A stretch of DNA of 64,000 nt from Antedon mediterranea (taxonomy: Eukaryota > Animalia > Echinodermata): the NCBI RefSeq assembly GCF_964355755.1, contig NC_092676.1, positions 28,786,871 through 28,850,870 of the forward strand. Direction: 5' to 3'. Positions 37,867-59,277 of the stretch are shown here, piece after piece. The translations under genes and the position numbers were made by a program. How positions within the stretch are numbered: the stretch's first letter is position 1; each line of letters begins with the position of its first letter. The notes beneath the pieces are model-generated. The model ran no database searches. It had not been told where the DNA came from and worked only from the letters and a program-made list of their open reading frames with translations.

Positions 37867-40540
37867 TGTACTATAGACTTTTTCCAAAAATGGCCAAATT
37901 TCGACCCTTTTCTTTTCCGCCATAACTGGTTACAAACACTCTATAAGATGATTATAATGCAATATATGCACATATTATATACCAATATTATCGCATAATA
38001 TATAATAAAGAATTCTAAAAAGTGGCTATTTTGGCCATTTTTCGAAAAAATGACATGGAAATTTTCGAAAAATGACCAATTTTCGACCCTTTTATTTTTA
38101 GACATAAATGGTTACTATAGCATAATAAACATGCGCAGAGTCGAATAATGGGTTCTGTGCATGTCAATTATGCTATAGTAACCATTTATGTCAAAAAATA
38201 AAATGGTCGAAAATTATTTTTAGACATAAATGGTTACTATAGCATAATAAACATGCGCAGAGTCGAATAATGGGTTCTGCGCATGTCAAATATGCTATAG
38301 TAACCAGTTATATCGAAAAATAAAAAAGGTCGAAATTCGGCCATTTTTGGAAAAAATTCCTGTACTATAGTACAGGGAAATTTTCTAAAAATGACCAATT
38401 TTCGACCCTTTTATTTTTAGACATAAATGGTTACTATAGCATAATAAACATGCGCAGAGTCGAATAATGGGTTCTGCGCATGTCAATTATGCTATAGTAA
38501 CCAGTTATGTCAAAAAATAAAATGGTCGAAAATTATTTTTAGACATAAATGGTTACTATAGCATAATAAACATGCGCAGAGTCGAATAATGGGTTCTGGG
38601 CATGTCAATTATGCTAAAGTAACCAGTTATATCGAAAAATAAAAAGGTCGAAATTTGGCCATTTTTGGAAAAAATCCCTGTACTATAGTACAGGGAAATT
38701 TTCAAAAAAAGACCAATTTTCGACCCTTTTATTTTTAGACATAAATGGTTACTATAGCATAATAAACATGCGCAGAGTCGAATAATGGGTTCTGCGCATG
38801 TCAATTATGCTATAGTAACCAGTTATGTCAAAAAATAAAATGGTCAAAAATTATTTTTAGACATAAATGGTTACTATCACATAATAAACATGCGCAGAGT
38901 CGAATAATGGGTTCTGCGCATGTCAATTATGCTAAAGTATTGCCAATTTTTTGAAAAAATCCCTGTACTATATATAGCAATATTATGGCGTATGAATTAT
39001 GGCCAAATTTCGACCCTTTACTTTTTCGCCATAACTACTGTAGTTACAAAAAACTTTTAAATGACATAAATTTACTTTTTTGATCACTATACGTTAATTA
39101 ATAATAAGAATAATCTATACAGACTTTTACGCATAATCGAACCCGCGCCAATTCGGTACCACGTTCTAACACACGCACATAGCAAACCTTCGAACCTGTT
39201 ACTTTCAAACATAACATTCTCACAAAGGAAAGGTCGGTAAAAACATATTAAATTTACTACGGCTCCGACATTATCATTATTTCAATATTATCCAAACCAA
39301 ATGGCTTTCAAACAAGGTAAGACTAATTAATATTATATTTAGAACTAAATCATTTCTATTTAAAATTATCATTCATATAAACCATAAAATATAATCATAT
39401 TACGTAAATCCTATCTAATAATTTTAATATTTTAGCGTCCTGTATACACAGAAACAAGTACGCAACATAAACTTTCAATCTCCTTCATCTTGAAATAAAA
39501 TAATTTTTTAAAAAGGTGAGAAAATTTAAACCTAGTTAACATTAAAACGAACAACGTATATTAAAAAGAGTTTAACAATAATCTTTTTAATAATTTTCTA
39601 TCCACTCTACAAATTTTTCATATAAAGATATTGTGGAACCACGTCAGGTCAAGTTCAATATTGAATATCGAAACGTGGCAGGCTGAAGGCGCTTGACCTT
39701 TGACAAGATCGCCTAAATTTCTAGTTTTTAACCTTACAATACTTGTATTGTATATTCAGGTACAGCCGCTCCATAATCTCTTTGCTTTTCTTCCTTATAT
39801 CTTTTAACATGAAATTGTTTTTACTAACAAACATTACTGTTTATACGCCTAGTGTAGTATGTTTTACATCTTTAACATATTTTCATAAACATTTTCATAT
39901 CGTACAACTACTCGTAACAAATTTTCTCAACTTTCTATCATCTAAAAGTCGTAGTTAGTCATGTCTCGGGTCACATTCTATGGTCACCGTACAGGTAGGC
40001 TACTACATCAGTACTTCTATGAATGGATGACTAGTTGGTGACAAGAACGCTAGTTGGTCATACCCAGTACCGTTTTGATTTTACGATCATTCGGGAAACC
40101 ACCTCACGACGTATAACGCAATATATGCACATATATAGCAATATTATCGCATAATAATTGAATTCTAAAAAGTGGCTATTTTGGCCATTTTTCTAAAAAA
40201 TCCCTTTACTATAATAGTTCAGAGATATTTTCCAAAAATAGCCAAATTTCGACCCTTTCTTTTTCGCCATAACTGGTTACAAACACTCTATAAGATGATT
40301 ATAACGCAATATATGCACATATAGCAATACTATCACAAAATAATTGAATTCTATTTGGTCATTTAAAAAAAAAAAGGGATTTTCTTTTCAAAAATGACCA
40401 AATTTTGACCCTTTTCTCTTTCGACATAACCGGTTACAAACACTCTATAAGATGATGATAACGCAAACAATTATCGCATAATAATTTAATTTTAAATAGT
40501 CCAAAAAATCCCTGTACTACAGTACTGTTTTTCGACATAT
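37867..40540. repeat. Composite foldback/palindromic repeat array with a ~1.1-kb unique core
   Basis: Six hairpin subunits centred on catgcgcagagtcgaataatgggttctgcgcatg; palindromic junctions cctgtactatagtacagg at 38359 and 38677; related ~190-bp units at 37880 and 40110-40520. Confidence 0.85.
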
Positions 40541-40608
40541 TTGGTTACTATAAGTCCATAAGAACACTATCTTTTATCCGAAGTGAAGTCACAATTCTTT
40601 GTCACAAT

Positions 40609-43600
40609 TTATAACTCTGTTGGAAAATCACGACTACTCACAGTAGCTTCTTTATAACCTGGACGTGTGTTATTTGCTTTACTTCCATTGGATGATGAGT
40701 TGGTCACATGACCAGATTTTAGCGATGGTGTCATAATCACACCTTTTGTTCGGCCTTTTACATTCATCACTTTAGCTGGCTGCAATATTAAACAAATAAT
40801 ATTAGACAAGTTTTAATATCAGATCAGATGTTTTTCTCCCAACTCTAAATACTTTTTCTACCAAGTACATTGAAAATATTAATGAACTAAACACCCTGAT
40901 GCAAAGCTAATGCACAGTTACTGCACAGTAGTTACAAACAATTACAATTTAATTGTTGTTTAATTATTATCAATGTTTAAAAACATCTCTAATTACCTTA
41001 TTTTGATCTTTATTGTTGTTTTTTCTCTTCTGTTGCCATTGACTACCTTTCATCAATTGTGACATTAATGTTTGGTGTAGATTAGACACATAATAAAGTG
41101 GATTGAGTACATCACACACTTCTAGCTGTCAATACATCAAGGAGTAACATTCAGTAACATTAGATTATTGCCACGCACACACGACACACTTCCTTTCAAA
41201 GGATATTTTCCGCTTTTCATTAAAAAAATATATATTTTATTCACCAGGATTGCAAATAAGTTAAATCAAAATCGAAAGAGAGAACCATCAGTTAAGTTAA
41301 AGGAATTAGAATAAATTTAAATAATAATAAAACGGTTAAAACTCTCGTACAAATATATCAATAGTTTTCTACAAAAAAAAAATCTTATTTTCTTATGCTC
41401 TGTCAACATTATCAAAAGTCAAAAGAGTGATGTGCCCAAATATGGTAGTGATATGACATCATCATGGGCACATCACATAAAGTTTGATGGTGTAGACAAA
41501 GCTTTAGAACCGGACTGATCATTTTTTACTTACCTTTTCAAGATGAGAGCCGACAGCTTCCATAGCATCACTAACAACCCTGTCAACTCTATTGGATAAA
41601 CTATGCGGTAACAGAAGCTCTTTACTAGCTACAGGCTTTACTAGAAGACTTGAACCCCCTTCTGATGGTAGAATAACAAAGTGCCCTCTAGGGTTTGGTG
41701 TCTTGCCTGCGTAACTTGGTTGATCATGGGTTGAGTTCTGGCAGGTCAGTAATACCATATCCTAAAATAAAATAGTAAATAAAATAAAAATTGGTTATTA
41801 TCCAAAGCTCCAATTGGGAAAATATACCTTGTACTGTCGTATATATATAATTTAATATAAAGAAATTGCATTTATTTATTTTACATTAGTAATAAAGGAT
41901 CAGTACATCTATAACATGTTTTTGTTGTCAAACCTTTTCATGTAAATGTTGACAAAGAGCAGCAAAGTGCTGCTGATTGGTGTCCAATTCTTCCCAATCA
42001 AGTTTCCAACACAATGTGGGCTGCAAAACAAATGGCATTCCAAACACCTGAAGAAGAACAATATTCACAATAATAAGTATGATACATAAGTTAGGCCTTC
42101 TACATGCCAATTGCAACCACAGTTCCATTGTAAGCATGTCACGCCATTGCAACCAATGCATTCCAACCACATTTCTATTGTAAACACACTCTGTTGCAAC
42201 CACACTCAATTGCAAACACAGTGACATTGCATCCACAGTGCCATTGCAACCAAAGCACAGTTTCAACCACAGTGCCATTGCAACCACAGTGCCATTGCAA
42301 CCACAGTGTCATTGCAACCACAGTGCCATTGCAACCAGTGCATAGCAACCACTCTCCATTGCAACCACAGTGTCGTTGAAACTACAGTGTCATTAACTCT
42401 ACATAACCCAATAAGTAGGAGTAGTAGCATCCGAATTTAAAGGAGGGATACTACAGTACTTACAATAGACTCACAGAGACCATTAGCTCTAACCAACTTG
42501 ATAGCAGTAAGTTGCATCACTGACACTGAGGCTGACTGTTTCTTGCTACCACTTGTAAAGGAGTTCAATTCAGGCAAAATATTCTGAAACAGAAAACATT
42601 ACAACAATTACACTCAGTCGATACACACACACACAGTAAACAAGGAAATTATTAAAAAAAACAGACTTACATAAGATGATGCAGTTGGTGGTAGGAGTGA
42701 TGGGCTTAATATCTGTTCCCTAATATCACATTTTAAAGTCATTGCACCTGAACCAATATCTATTTATAAAACACACAAATATTGACTTTACATGTGATTG
42801 AAAGTTATAGTTTAACAGTACAGCTCTATTAGTACCTAAAAAAGTGTCCTCTTAACACTGTTTAAGCAGTTGTTGGCTGTAGTGTTAAAACATTGCCATT
42901 TTACAGCAAGCATTGCCTGAATATGAGGTGTTCCCTGAGTAAGGTTTCCCTCTGAATAGTGGTTAGCTGTGGTGTTTCATAGTAAATTGTTCCTTTAACA
43001 GGTGTCTTACCATTTAGTTTCAGGTGTAGATATTCTTTATCTGTACCACAATCATACAGCCAGTGTTTGAAGTGATCACTAATGCTTAGTGTATCTGTTC
43101 AAAAACAATGAAAAAATGTTCTTCTTCTTTGTAAAAGTAAATTCTCTTACTAATGACTGTAAGACATATAAAGAGGTTATAGATTTTTAAGACAGTTTTT
43201 TAATTGCTCACTGTATTCAAGTCTATAGATGGACGATTCGGTTTAGTTTCAGTTTTGTACACATCTTTTAAATCCACAACAATAGTAAAATTTGTTAAAG
43301 CTCTGTCTACACATCAAACTTTATGTGACAAAAACATGATGATGTCATATCACTACAATATTTAGGCATACTACCATATTTGGGCACGGTAGTTTGATAG
43401 TGTAGACAGAACTTTAGTAGATATACAATGAAATAATGAAATAATAATAATAATAATAATAATGAAATAATGGTACCATTTGGTACAAGTTTACTTTGCA
43501 TGATATCCATCATGGCTGCCATGTCATCACTTGAATCAGTACTCTGTGAGCTGTCATTCTCATCCAATGGTACACCATTCTCTGTCTCATACACAGTAAC

Positions 43601-45369
43601 TACTTCAATTTTCTGTGAAAAGTAAATTGAAATTAAACCAAGATAGATAGATGGATGCCTTTTTCCCTCAAGCTCCTGTCAATACTGTTCCGGTGAGCTC
43701 TCATATGGGAGCTTCAAAATGCTGGAGAACCGAGTAGGGTAACTGGTTCATCTGCTTTTCTTCTTTTTTTGGGTTATCTTAAGCTCTATCTATCAAACTT
43801 TATCTGACAAAGAAAATCTGATTTGCCCATACTGTATATGGACACAATGACATCATATCACTACCATATTTGGGCACATCACATTTTTTTTTGTCACATA
43901 AAGTTTGATAGTATGAACAGAGCTTTTATACATATTATTGATCATTTTGTGTGTAAAGCTCTTAGAAACATTGTATTTAAAGTTGATATAAGACTACCAT
44001 TTAATATTATTATTATTCATGTACTAATGTAAACTAAATAATGACATAATACTCAGATTGAACAAATAATGATTGATGACTAATTTAGTGTCCTCATTCA
44101 TTTGTAATACCACAACCTAATACAAAAACTACTAACCCTGATGATTTCTAAGTCTATACTCTGAGCAGCTGCCTCTATCTGTCTTGCAATGGCATTAACA
44201 TGTTGACATGAAAACACAGTAACCTCTAACTGTGTGCTAAAGCCACTCATCTTAAAAGAATGAAAAACAAGTCAATAATAGTTGATTTAGCCTGAGACAG
44301 ATTTAGCAAACATTTTCTTTATTCTTTATTTCATTCCAGACCAACAGCGAATCATCACACTAAATCTAAATAAAAACAACTTTAGATACAAAATTTCATT
44401 AACATTATAATGTTTCCTTAATAACAATGCTTTCTGTTGACAGTTGAGTCTAAAGCTCTGCCTACACTATCAAACTTTATGTGACAACAAAATGTGATGT
44501 AACCCATATATGGACATGATGATGTCATATTACTACCATATTTGGGCATATCACTATCATATTTGGGCATATCAAACTTTTTTTGTCAAACTAGTTTGAT
44601 AGTGTAGAGAGCGCTTAAGTGGAGTGTAAGATTTGGTTCATGATAGCACCTGTAGGAAGATAGACAGCTTTTCTCTGCAATAAAAATAAATATTGAATCA
44701 CCTGTCTAATATGTGTTGACTGCCGATTAAACTGTAAAACAGCATCTTTTAATCCTTGACCAAATGATGTCGTACTCTGGTCCTCATGCATGTCAGCTTT
44801 TAGATGTTTCAACTCCAGCAAAGCATTGTAAATCTGTTGAAAGTTGCCTCTAACATTTTGTAACGGAAGCAAACACTAAAAAAAGGAAAAAGCACATTAG
44901 GGCAGGAAAATATTGGGGTTGAAGTTTATTTAAAACAAAAGTCATAATAACAGATGCATGTTGCGGGCCACTTAAATGATTAGAATCAACTTATTTTTAC
45001 TGTTTAAAGACAAAAAAGGTTATCCGATCGCAATAGGAACATATAGTATTTATTTTTTCATTAAAAATGTAGTTTGTGATAGGGATACATAATAAAGTAA
45101 TGGGGCTGTAACATATCAAGTCTTTTTGGCACAAACAAATGAGTTTGAACTTAATACATTAATAATACACATACCTCTGAGTACCTATGAATGGCTGATA
45201 TACTGAAGTAAGGTACTCTTGGAGGGCCTGCTAAGCTGCAAACAAGAGCAAAAAACTCTTCTAAACATGAGTGTATGTTTGCGCATACTTTGTTATTAAA
45301 CGGTGGTGTAAAATCAACAAGCAACACATGGGCTGGAAAAGACAAAAATGAGATTTTGGTTGTCGACAT
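40609..45369 (-). CDS. M1AP: Meiosis 1 arrest protein
   Basis: VCANIHSCLEEFFALVCSLAGPPRVPYFSI..LLPLQNVRGNF, QGLKDAVLQF, QLEVTVF, FKHWLYDCGTDKEYLHL, VFGMPFVLQPTLCWKLDWEELDTNQQHFAALC, HFVILPS..LLVKPVASKELLLP match M1AP; ~11 coding exons. Confidence 0.92.
42105..42395. repeat. Degenerate 17-bp minisatellite
   Basis: (ccacagtgccattgcaa)n in an M1AP intron. Confidence 0.85.
44454..44615. mobile_element. MITE family A
   Basis: Family TIRs and internal units; further copies at ~41396, 43299, 43782. Confidence 0.8.
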
Positions 45370-46278
45370 GTTTCATATGACGATTGATACATCTAGGCCC
45401 TAGGCATATCTATTATTATAATGATATAGGAATTTAATTTTCATTTAATTTTTATTCTTGCACCAAACAATTATTTTGCCTTCTTCTATTTTATTTATTC
45501 TTTGTTCTCTAAAATAGGCCTAGGTTTTTAGGGACTAGGCTAGTATAGTGTAGTAACTAAGGCTACTAAGACATGTGTGTGTACTGTAAATACCTGCCTG
45601 TACTAAAGTCTGGAGCTAGCCCTAGGCTATAATAGGCCTATCTAGGCCTAGACCCCTTTTTGACAAGTAGGCCTAGCCTTGGCCTAGCTAGGTAGCCTCC
45701 TTCCTAGTCTATGGTACACTACTCTACTACTAGCCTAGCTAGGTAGGCCTAGACTCTAGAGTAGCCTAGTCATAACGCCAGATTTATAATCTCGGTTTTC
45801 ATAATTTAATTCAAATATTTATACAATCATTTTATTTTATTATAATACACAAATGTTACCTGGTTGTCTGTGAAATAAGATTCTTTTGTTTGTTTTGTTC
45901 GCCTGCATATTGCATGTGCATGGCCGCCGACGAAGTTTTAAAAGTCGCCTGCCAGCCGCTCAGCAGCCAGTTTTCAAGCAAACCGTGTGGGTATTAGGCA
46001 CGCCGAAATCAAAGAGACGTCTGGATTCACGACTAAACAAACTTTTTTTAAGTTTGAGAACTAGCGCTATAATATATATCTTTAACACATAATATTAGAC
46101 AGGTTATTCAATATTTTGTCAATATTTTGTCAATATGCATTCCAGTTTATGTTACTAGAATAGTTTTACTAATATGATGAGGACCTGAAAGCAAAGGAAA
46201 AAGCATTATAGAGGTTGTTTTGCCCACATTTCTTTATTAGGAAATCATCATTTATCGTTAATTGTGATTTTAGTTGAT

Positions 46279-47741
46279 TTAAAAATAGACATCGAAATCA
46301 CAATCTGATGCGTCGCTCGTTTCATCATGCTGTTCAGGAATAGCAAGTAGAGGCTGTGCAACAGACAGACGACGGGTAGTCATCGAGCTACGACGTTCAC
46401 CGACGACGGCGACCGGGCTCTCTGCACCGTCTCTATAACGTTGGTTGAAATCACGCTCAGTGACAAGTTCGACAGACAACACTTTCTGAAGCTTTGTCTG
46501 TTCTTCCTACGAGAAATAAGTACAGAACTACAAATTAAACTACTGAACAAATGACAATGCTGTGGATATCAGTGGCTGGAACACAATGGAGATACAAAAT
46601 AAAAAAGCAAAAACCTAAATCGAAACAATAAAGTAAAACCCCGAGTAAAACAGCCAGAATAATTCGCAGAGATTTCATGGAACACTATCCCTTCATAAAT
46701 ATGAGACTTCGAAATAATTATATTTTAGTGTAGGGTCCTACCTCACTCTTGCCTTGTTGTTCTTGTTGTTGTTCTTGTTGACACATGACACAAGCAATGT
46801 CACCTCTCTTTACGTTTTCATTCATGAATGTCGTTTCCTCCACATTCGATTTTTGTTCTTCAAGCGATATATCATTTGTTTTTTCTGTACCTGTACTGTT
46901 GTTAACACCACTCGAGTGGGGTATATCTTCTTCGCGTGGGTTTATTGTCTCGTCACTTGTGGACGGTTCATTTTCAGACTTGATCGCACTGCTCGTCTTG
47001 GTGTTGGAGGGAGGTGGTGGTACAACAGGAAACTCTAAATCTTCGATGACAAGGTTGTCTTCAATTATAGGTCTTCTTATAACGCGTCGATATGTTGTTT
47101 TTTTCTTTTTTCTTGCCTTTTTCAATATCATCTCTGTATCTAAACATTTTACAAAATATTCTTATCATCTTGATCATAGTAAAAGTTATTATCTTCATAT
47201 TCAATTCAACATAAACAAATCATAGGCAAAATCAATTGTCAAAATTTGCTATCGTAATCACCGCATATTAAAAAAAATCATTTCATATTTACCATCAGTA
47301 TGCGCTTCTTTGTATGCCTGACGTGGAACCAAGTCTTCTTCATCGGAACTGCTGACGTCAGAATCACTAGTACTCACCACCACGTCACACATTTCATCAT
47401 AGTTCTTGATAAAGTTGGCGATGTATATCGCAGCAGCACTTCTTTCACGTTGGCTGTTTGGGTCATCCCTAAAAGATACCATGTGTGGAACTGTTATTCA
47501 AAACAAATACTGTAACTTGTGGTTTCATTTATTTAATATCCACAACAATTTACGTAGGCCTACGGTAAAGTGACGTACCTTTGTCCATCTTGGTCTGCAT
47601 TGATGGGTTCGGTCGAAGCGGGTCTTTCAACGTCGTGGCCGTCCTCGTGACTTTTTCTTTCTTCAAAATTCGCGCACTTTTTCTGTTCGTTTTGTTCTTT
47701 CGGATCAAGTGGTAATTTCGATCCTGGGCACCCCATGACAT
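46279..47741 (-). CDS. Uncharacterised, largely low-complexity protein (~330 aa, 4 exons)
   Basis: Exons ~47741-47579, 47490-47293, 47139-46742, 46506-46279 join in frame via canonical GT-AG sites; higher GC than flanks; no family recognised. Confidence 0.7.
46554..46696 (-). mobile_element. Second copy of the Penelope-like remnant
   Basis: Homologous to 10118-10400; minus strand atgaagggatagtgttccatgaaatctctgc. Confidence 0.55.
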
Positions 47742-48766
47742 GTTTTGAACCCCGGCTACATCACCATCGACCAATTGGACATGGGGGTGGGTCCGGTGAG
47801 GTGGTGTGTGGGTGAACAAGATCAGAGAGCTTGCCGTTTATTGTACTTAGCAACTAAAATTACGCGTTTACTACCGGGTTTATGCGCGAACGCGCAATTT
47901 AAGTACGCGCGTACGTGTAATACATTGCAATGCTAGCTGATACTACACATATTTTTAGCAATAACAAAAAACAAATAATTTTAGTATAGCTTCTTTTTGT
48001 CTAATCAACAATGATTTAATTCCCGTCTTTGAAATGAAACACTCGTATTAAAATTATACATTCCATTTTTTACAACTTAATTCAATTATAACAAAACAAA
48101 TTAATAATATGAATAATTATGAATGCAAAATTAACATCAAATTTCTAAAACCGACAATTATTTAAAATTATATGAATAATTAAGTCAAAGGGTTGAAATA
48201 ACTAGGCCAAATCTTATTACAATTTGACATTTAATTTACAGTTCAGCCAATTATAATTATTAATAATTAAAACTGTTAATAGTATTTAGTATTAGGCCTA
48301 CTTTTCATGATTTTTAATATCGTTTTATTTTACTTTACCACCAAATAATCAACAAAAAAACAACATGCAGACATTTTGCATAATGTAACTTTGGTTGAGC
48401 CTTCTAGAACGTGTATATTTTGTTGTGATAAATAATAGTAACGCTCAGTGGCCTATTAAGCTTTATTTTGTATATTTTATGGATATAACAAATTGTCTAT
48501 ATAGTGTACCTTTTGCTTTATAATAATCAATAATATGATATTCAATAATAGATACCACTTTATACAAAAACAAAAATATTTAGCAATGTCAATGCTGCAA
48601 TGCATGTATGAACAAGCAATATAAATTATTTTGCAAATAATTTAGCTTCTTTTAGAAACTAATTTGTTACATTATTATATATTATTCTAATCACAATTTG
48701 GAATGAGATTAGATAAATCAAAACATATCACTTCGATATTTGCATTGTTAGGTTGACCTTTGACAT

Positions 48767-56240
<7,474 letters not shown>

Positions 56241-56898
56241 TCTTGATTTTAATCAAATCTAGAGACAAAATAATCAATTATAAAAGAAAAATTCATTGTT
56301 TTATGTACAAATAAATTCACATCAGTATTGTAAACTAATTATTCATAGAACCCATCCTTTAGGATACGCTAGTGTACCATGGTATTTCTTTGGTACAAAT
56401 ATATGCTGGTATGGTCGAAATAATTCTTTATAGAACCCATCCATTGGTGTGTCGTGTATGAGACACTTTTCCATGAAACAAACAATTTAAAAATTTGGTA
56501 CAGTAGTAGGCCATGATTCAAAACTTGTCGCACCTACTCACTGCTAAAAATGAATCATTATAAGAAATACCATTGATTTAACAACGTAAAAAAAAACATT
56601 CATAAATCAATGCAAAATTACAACAAAATATATTGGATTCACTTTTCTATTTTTGGCAATATCAATTTAATTTTTAATGAAATAGTTAAATTGAGTATCT
56701 GAATTTTCTAGATAGATTGCGAGTATAGAATTCCTTTGAGAATTATTAAAGTGTGCTTGTTGCCATAAATCAAGGTTTCTGTGTATTCATAATCAATTTA
56801 ATTTGTCATCAATTTACGTTGACTGCATGACAATGAATGTCACCTACAGGTTTAAGGTCATTCCGTTATATCAAGTAGTGAGTGTGAACAGGGCTTTA

Positions 56899-57207
56899 TA
56901 CGCTTTTCACATCTGTGTAAATTGTTACAAGTTGTAACCAAATCTCCCGACTTATTACACGCTTTCACACACAAATATGCGAACCTTGTGAAATCTCGGG
57001 AGGAAAGAATAGTTGCGCGCTAATTGATTACTATGATTGATCCGTTAATACCAGGGCAATACACGCGGGTGAGTAAGAACATCTCGAAACAAAAACACAG
57101 GCCTCTTGTTGGTGTGTTTTTCTCTCGGGAGATTATCCAGAAAATTGTATTCACACTATGCAAACCTGGTTACAACTTGTTACATTTTGCAAATGTGAAA
57201 ATGGCCT
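56899..57207. mobile_element. MITE with ~40-bp imperfect TIRs
   Basis: ttttcacatctgtgtaaattgttacaagttgtaacca ... tggttacaacttgttacattttgcaaatgtgaaaa. Confidence 0.65.
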
Positions 57208-59029
57208 TTTACTCTTACCTTGTCAATGATGTTGCTTCGACCGTTAACTGCAAAATGACAAACAATTACAATCAAATGTTCGTTTCTTTTTCCATCAAAT
57301 TTCAAATTCTTGTCAAGTTTTTCCAGGACAGTTTTCTTCCAAAATAATTAATTGTTCATAAAAACTGCTAGATTTCTTCGTCACCTATAAACTTCTAAAA
57401 CTGTTGCTTAATTTTGGAATAGGGAACCTTGTGGTCACAAATAACAAATATTATGACGATTGAATTGATTGGGGAGTGACTATAAAAAGGAATAGGTGGT
57501 GATGCTAGGTATTTAATTAAAAAGGGGCGATTTATTTCCGCTCGGTACTGTAGTTAGAAAGCAACTCCTTGATAATGCGTAAACTTCTAAAATTGTCTTT
57601 TTTTTTGTGGCAAAGTTGTTTTCACAATGAAGTTGGAATTAAATAAATGGCAACAATCTTCGGAGATGAATACTAATCAGCTTCTGATGAAATTTAATTT
57701 AACAGAAAAAAAAATTAAATCTTGAATTATAAACAAACTGGTCATTAAATTATTGAATCCTTTCTACTACGCTACGATGTCCTTGCTACTAGAAAACAAA
57801 CTGCTACAAAACTTGTTGACAGTTCTGTACTTCTATGTAAAATCAATGAATAGTTTACACAGTATTTCGAGTCCACATTAAATAAACGTCACACATTACT
57901 GTAGTCCAAAGTTGATCTCAATCCTTTAGCCGCTTTACTTCAACCACCTTAATATTTCTTAGTATTTTAGTGCATTTGATTACACAGTGCAGTAGATGAA
58001 AGAACAACCACCACCAGATTTGACTTTTAGTAAGGATTATTTTGGGTTCAGTTTAGGGGACAAGAGGTTTTAAATTAAATGATTTATGTATTAGGTCCTA
58101 TAGTAAAACGAGGTGAAAATAAAATACTGTATGTTGAAATACACATGACAATTTATGAAACTAACTTTGGTGATACTTCAGTCTTCATTCATAATTACCA
58201 GTGATATTTGTTATTTTGTTTGCTTATTATTGTTTTGATACTGTAAAATAATTAAATTAATATTAATTATTATTTATTTACTATTATATTATTATAAAAT
58301 AAAATAGTGTTTTTTTTTTATAGGCCTACTAGTAGGCTAGGCTTGGCTATATGCCTAGCCTAGGCTTGATACATTTGTTTATACTGTATGGTTACTGAAC
58401 TTAAGATCTGTTCTGCTTCCTATATAAACTGTAAAGATTTTATATTGTATATAAAGTTCTGTGCCTCCACAAGAAACCTAAACAATTTTGTAGACATTAC
58501 AGTCATTATTTTTTTTATTCCTGACTCTAGCCCTAGCTAGTAGTAGTAGGCCAGGCTTTAATTAATCATGTTTTCATAAATATTTATATAATTATTATTA
58601 CATCCATAGGATATTATAGGCCTATAAACACAAGCACAGCCAAGCCAGCCATCACTAGGTTAGTAGTAGCCTGTAATCTACTGCAATCTAGACTAATAAC
58701 CCTAGGCCTAGCTAGGTAACGGCAACCCGAGACCACCAAATCTCTTGAACTGAACGAGTGGCTCCTACTACGAGCTAGAGTATAATACTCTAGCTCGGCT
58801 AGGCCAGCAGGGGTTAACCAAGAACACAACGAAACAGTCTGGCCTAACTTAGCCTCAACAACAACGGTACACGAATCCATTATTCCTACCTTTTTAACAC
58901 TATATTGGGTATGGGTATTACCACATTGTATAGTACTATATTATAAAGTTACAAAACCATGTACTTTTGTTCTAGAAAATGGACAAAAAGCGAACAAAAA
59001 CGCAAGAGAAAATAAAAACTTGAAATTGT

Positions 59030-59125
59030 CACATCAGCAGAGCTCTCTTCGCTCGAGTTTTCTGAAATGTTGATGACGTCATAAAATAATTGCCAGGTTC
59101 TTCTTGACAAAATGGCCCAATTTCG
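59030..59125 (-). promoter_or_regulatory. Probable ZC3H11A promoter
   Basis: Palindromic CRE tgacgtca at 59074-59081 and YY1-like aaaatggcc, just upstream of a TAGGCCTA-rich zone like those in other 5' introns. Confidence 0.4.
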
Positions 59126-59236
59126 ATTATAGGGAACGAATTTTTAAAATTAAAATATTACAAACATTTTATGACAAACTCAACAGTATACATTTGCACT
59201 ACCAGTACAGCTATTATTATGTTATATGTAGGTTTA

Positions 59237-59277
59237 GTGCTGAAGAAGAATCCTCGGATAAGGTTCGAAAATTTCAC
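59237..59277 (+). ncRNA. Minimal type I hammerhead ribozyme motif (Penelope-type)
   Basis: gtg CTGAAGA a gaatcct cggata aggttc GAAA att t cac: intact core boxes, stem II, palindromic AATT stem III, 3-bp stem I. Confidence 0.55.

Noticed and set aside
39600-40100. Possible decayed coding sequence in the core of the palindromic array
   Set aside because: Only short frames with stops; no motif I could recognise.
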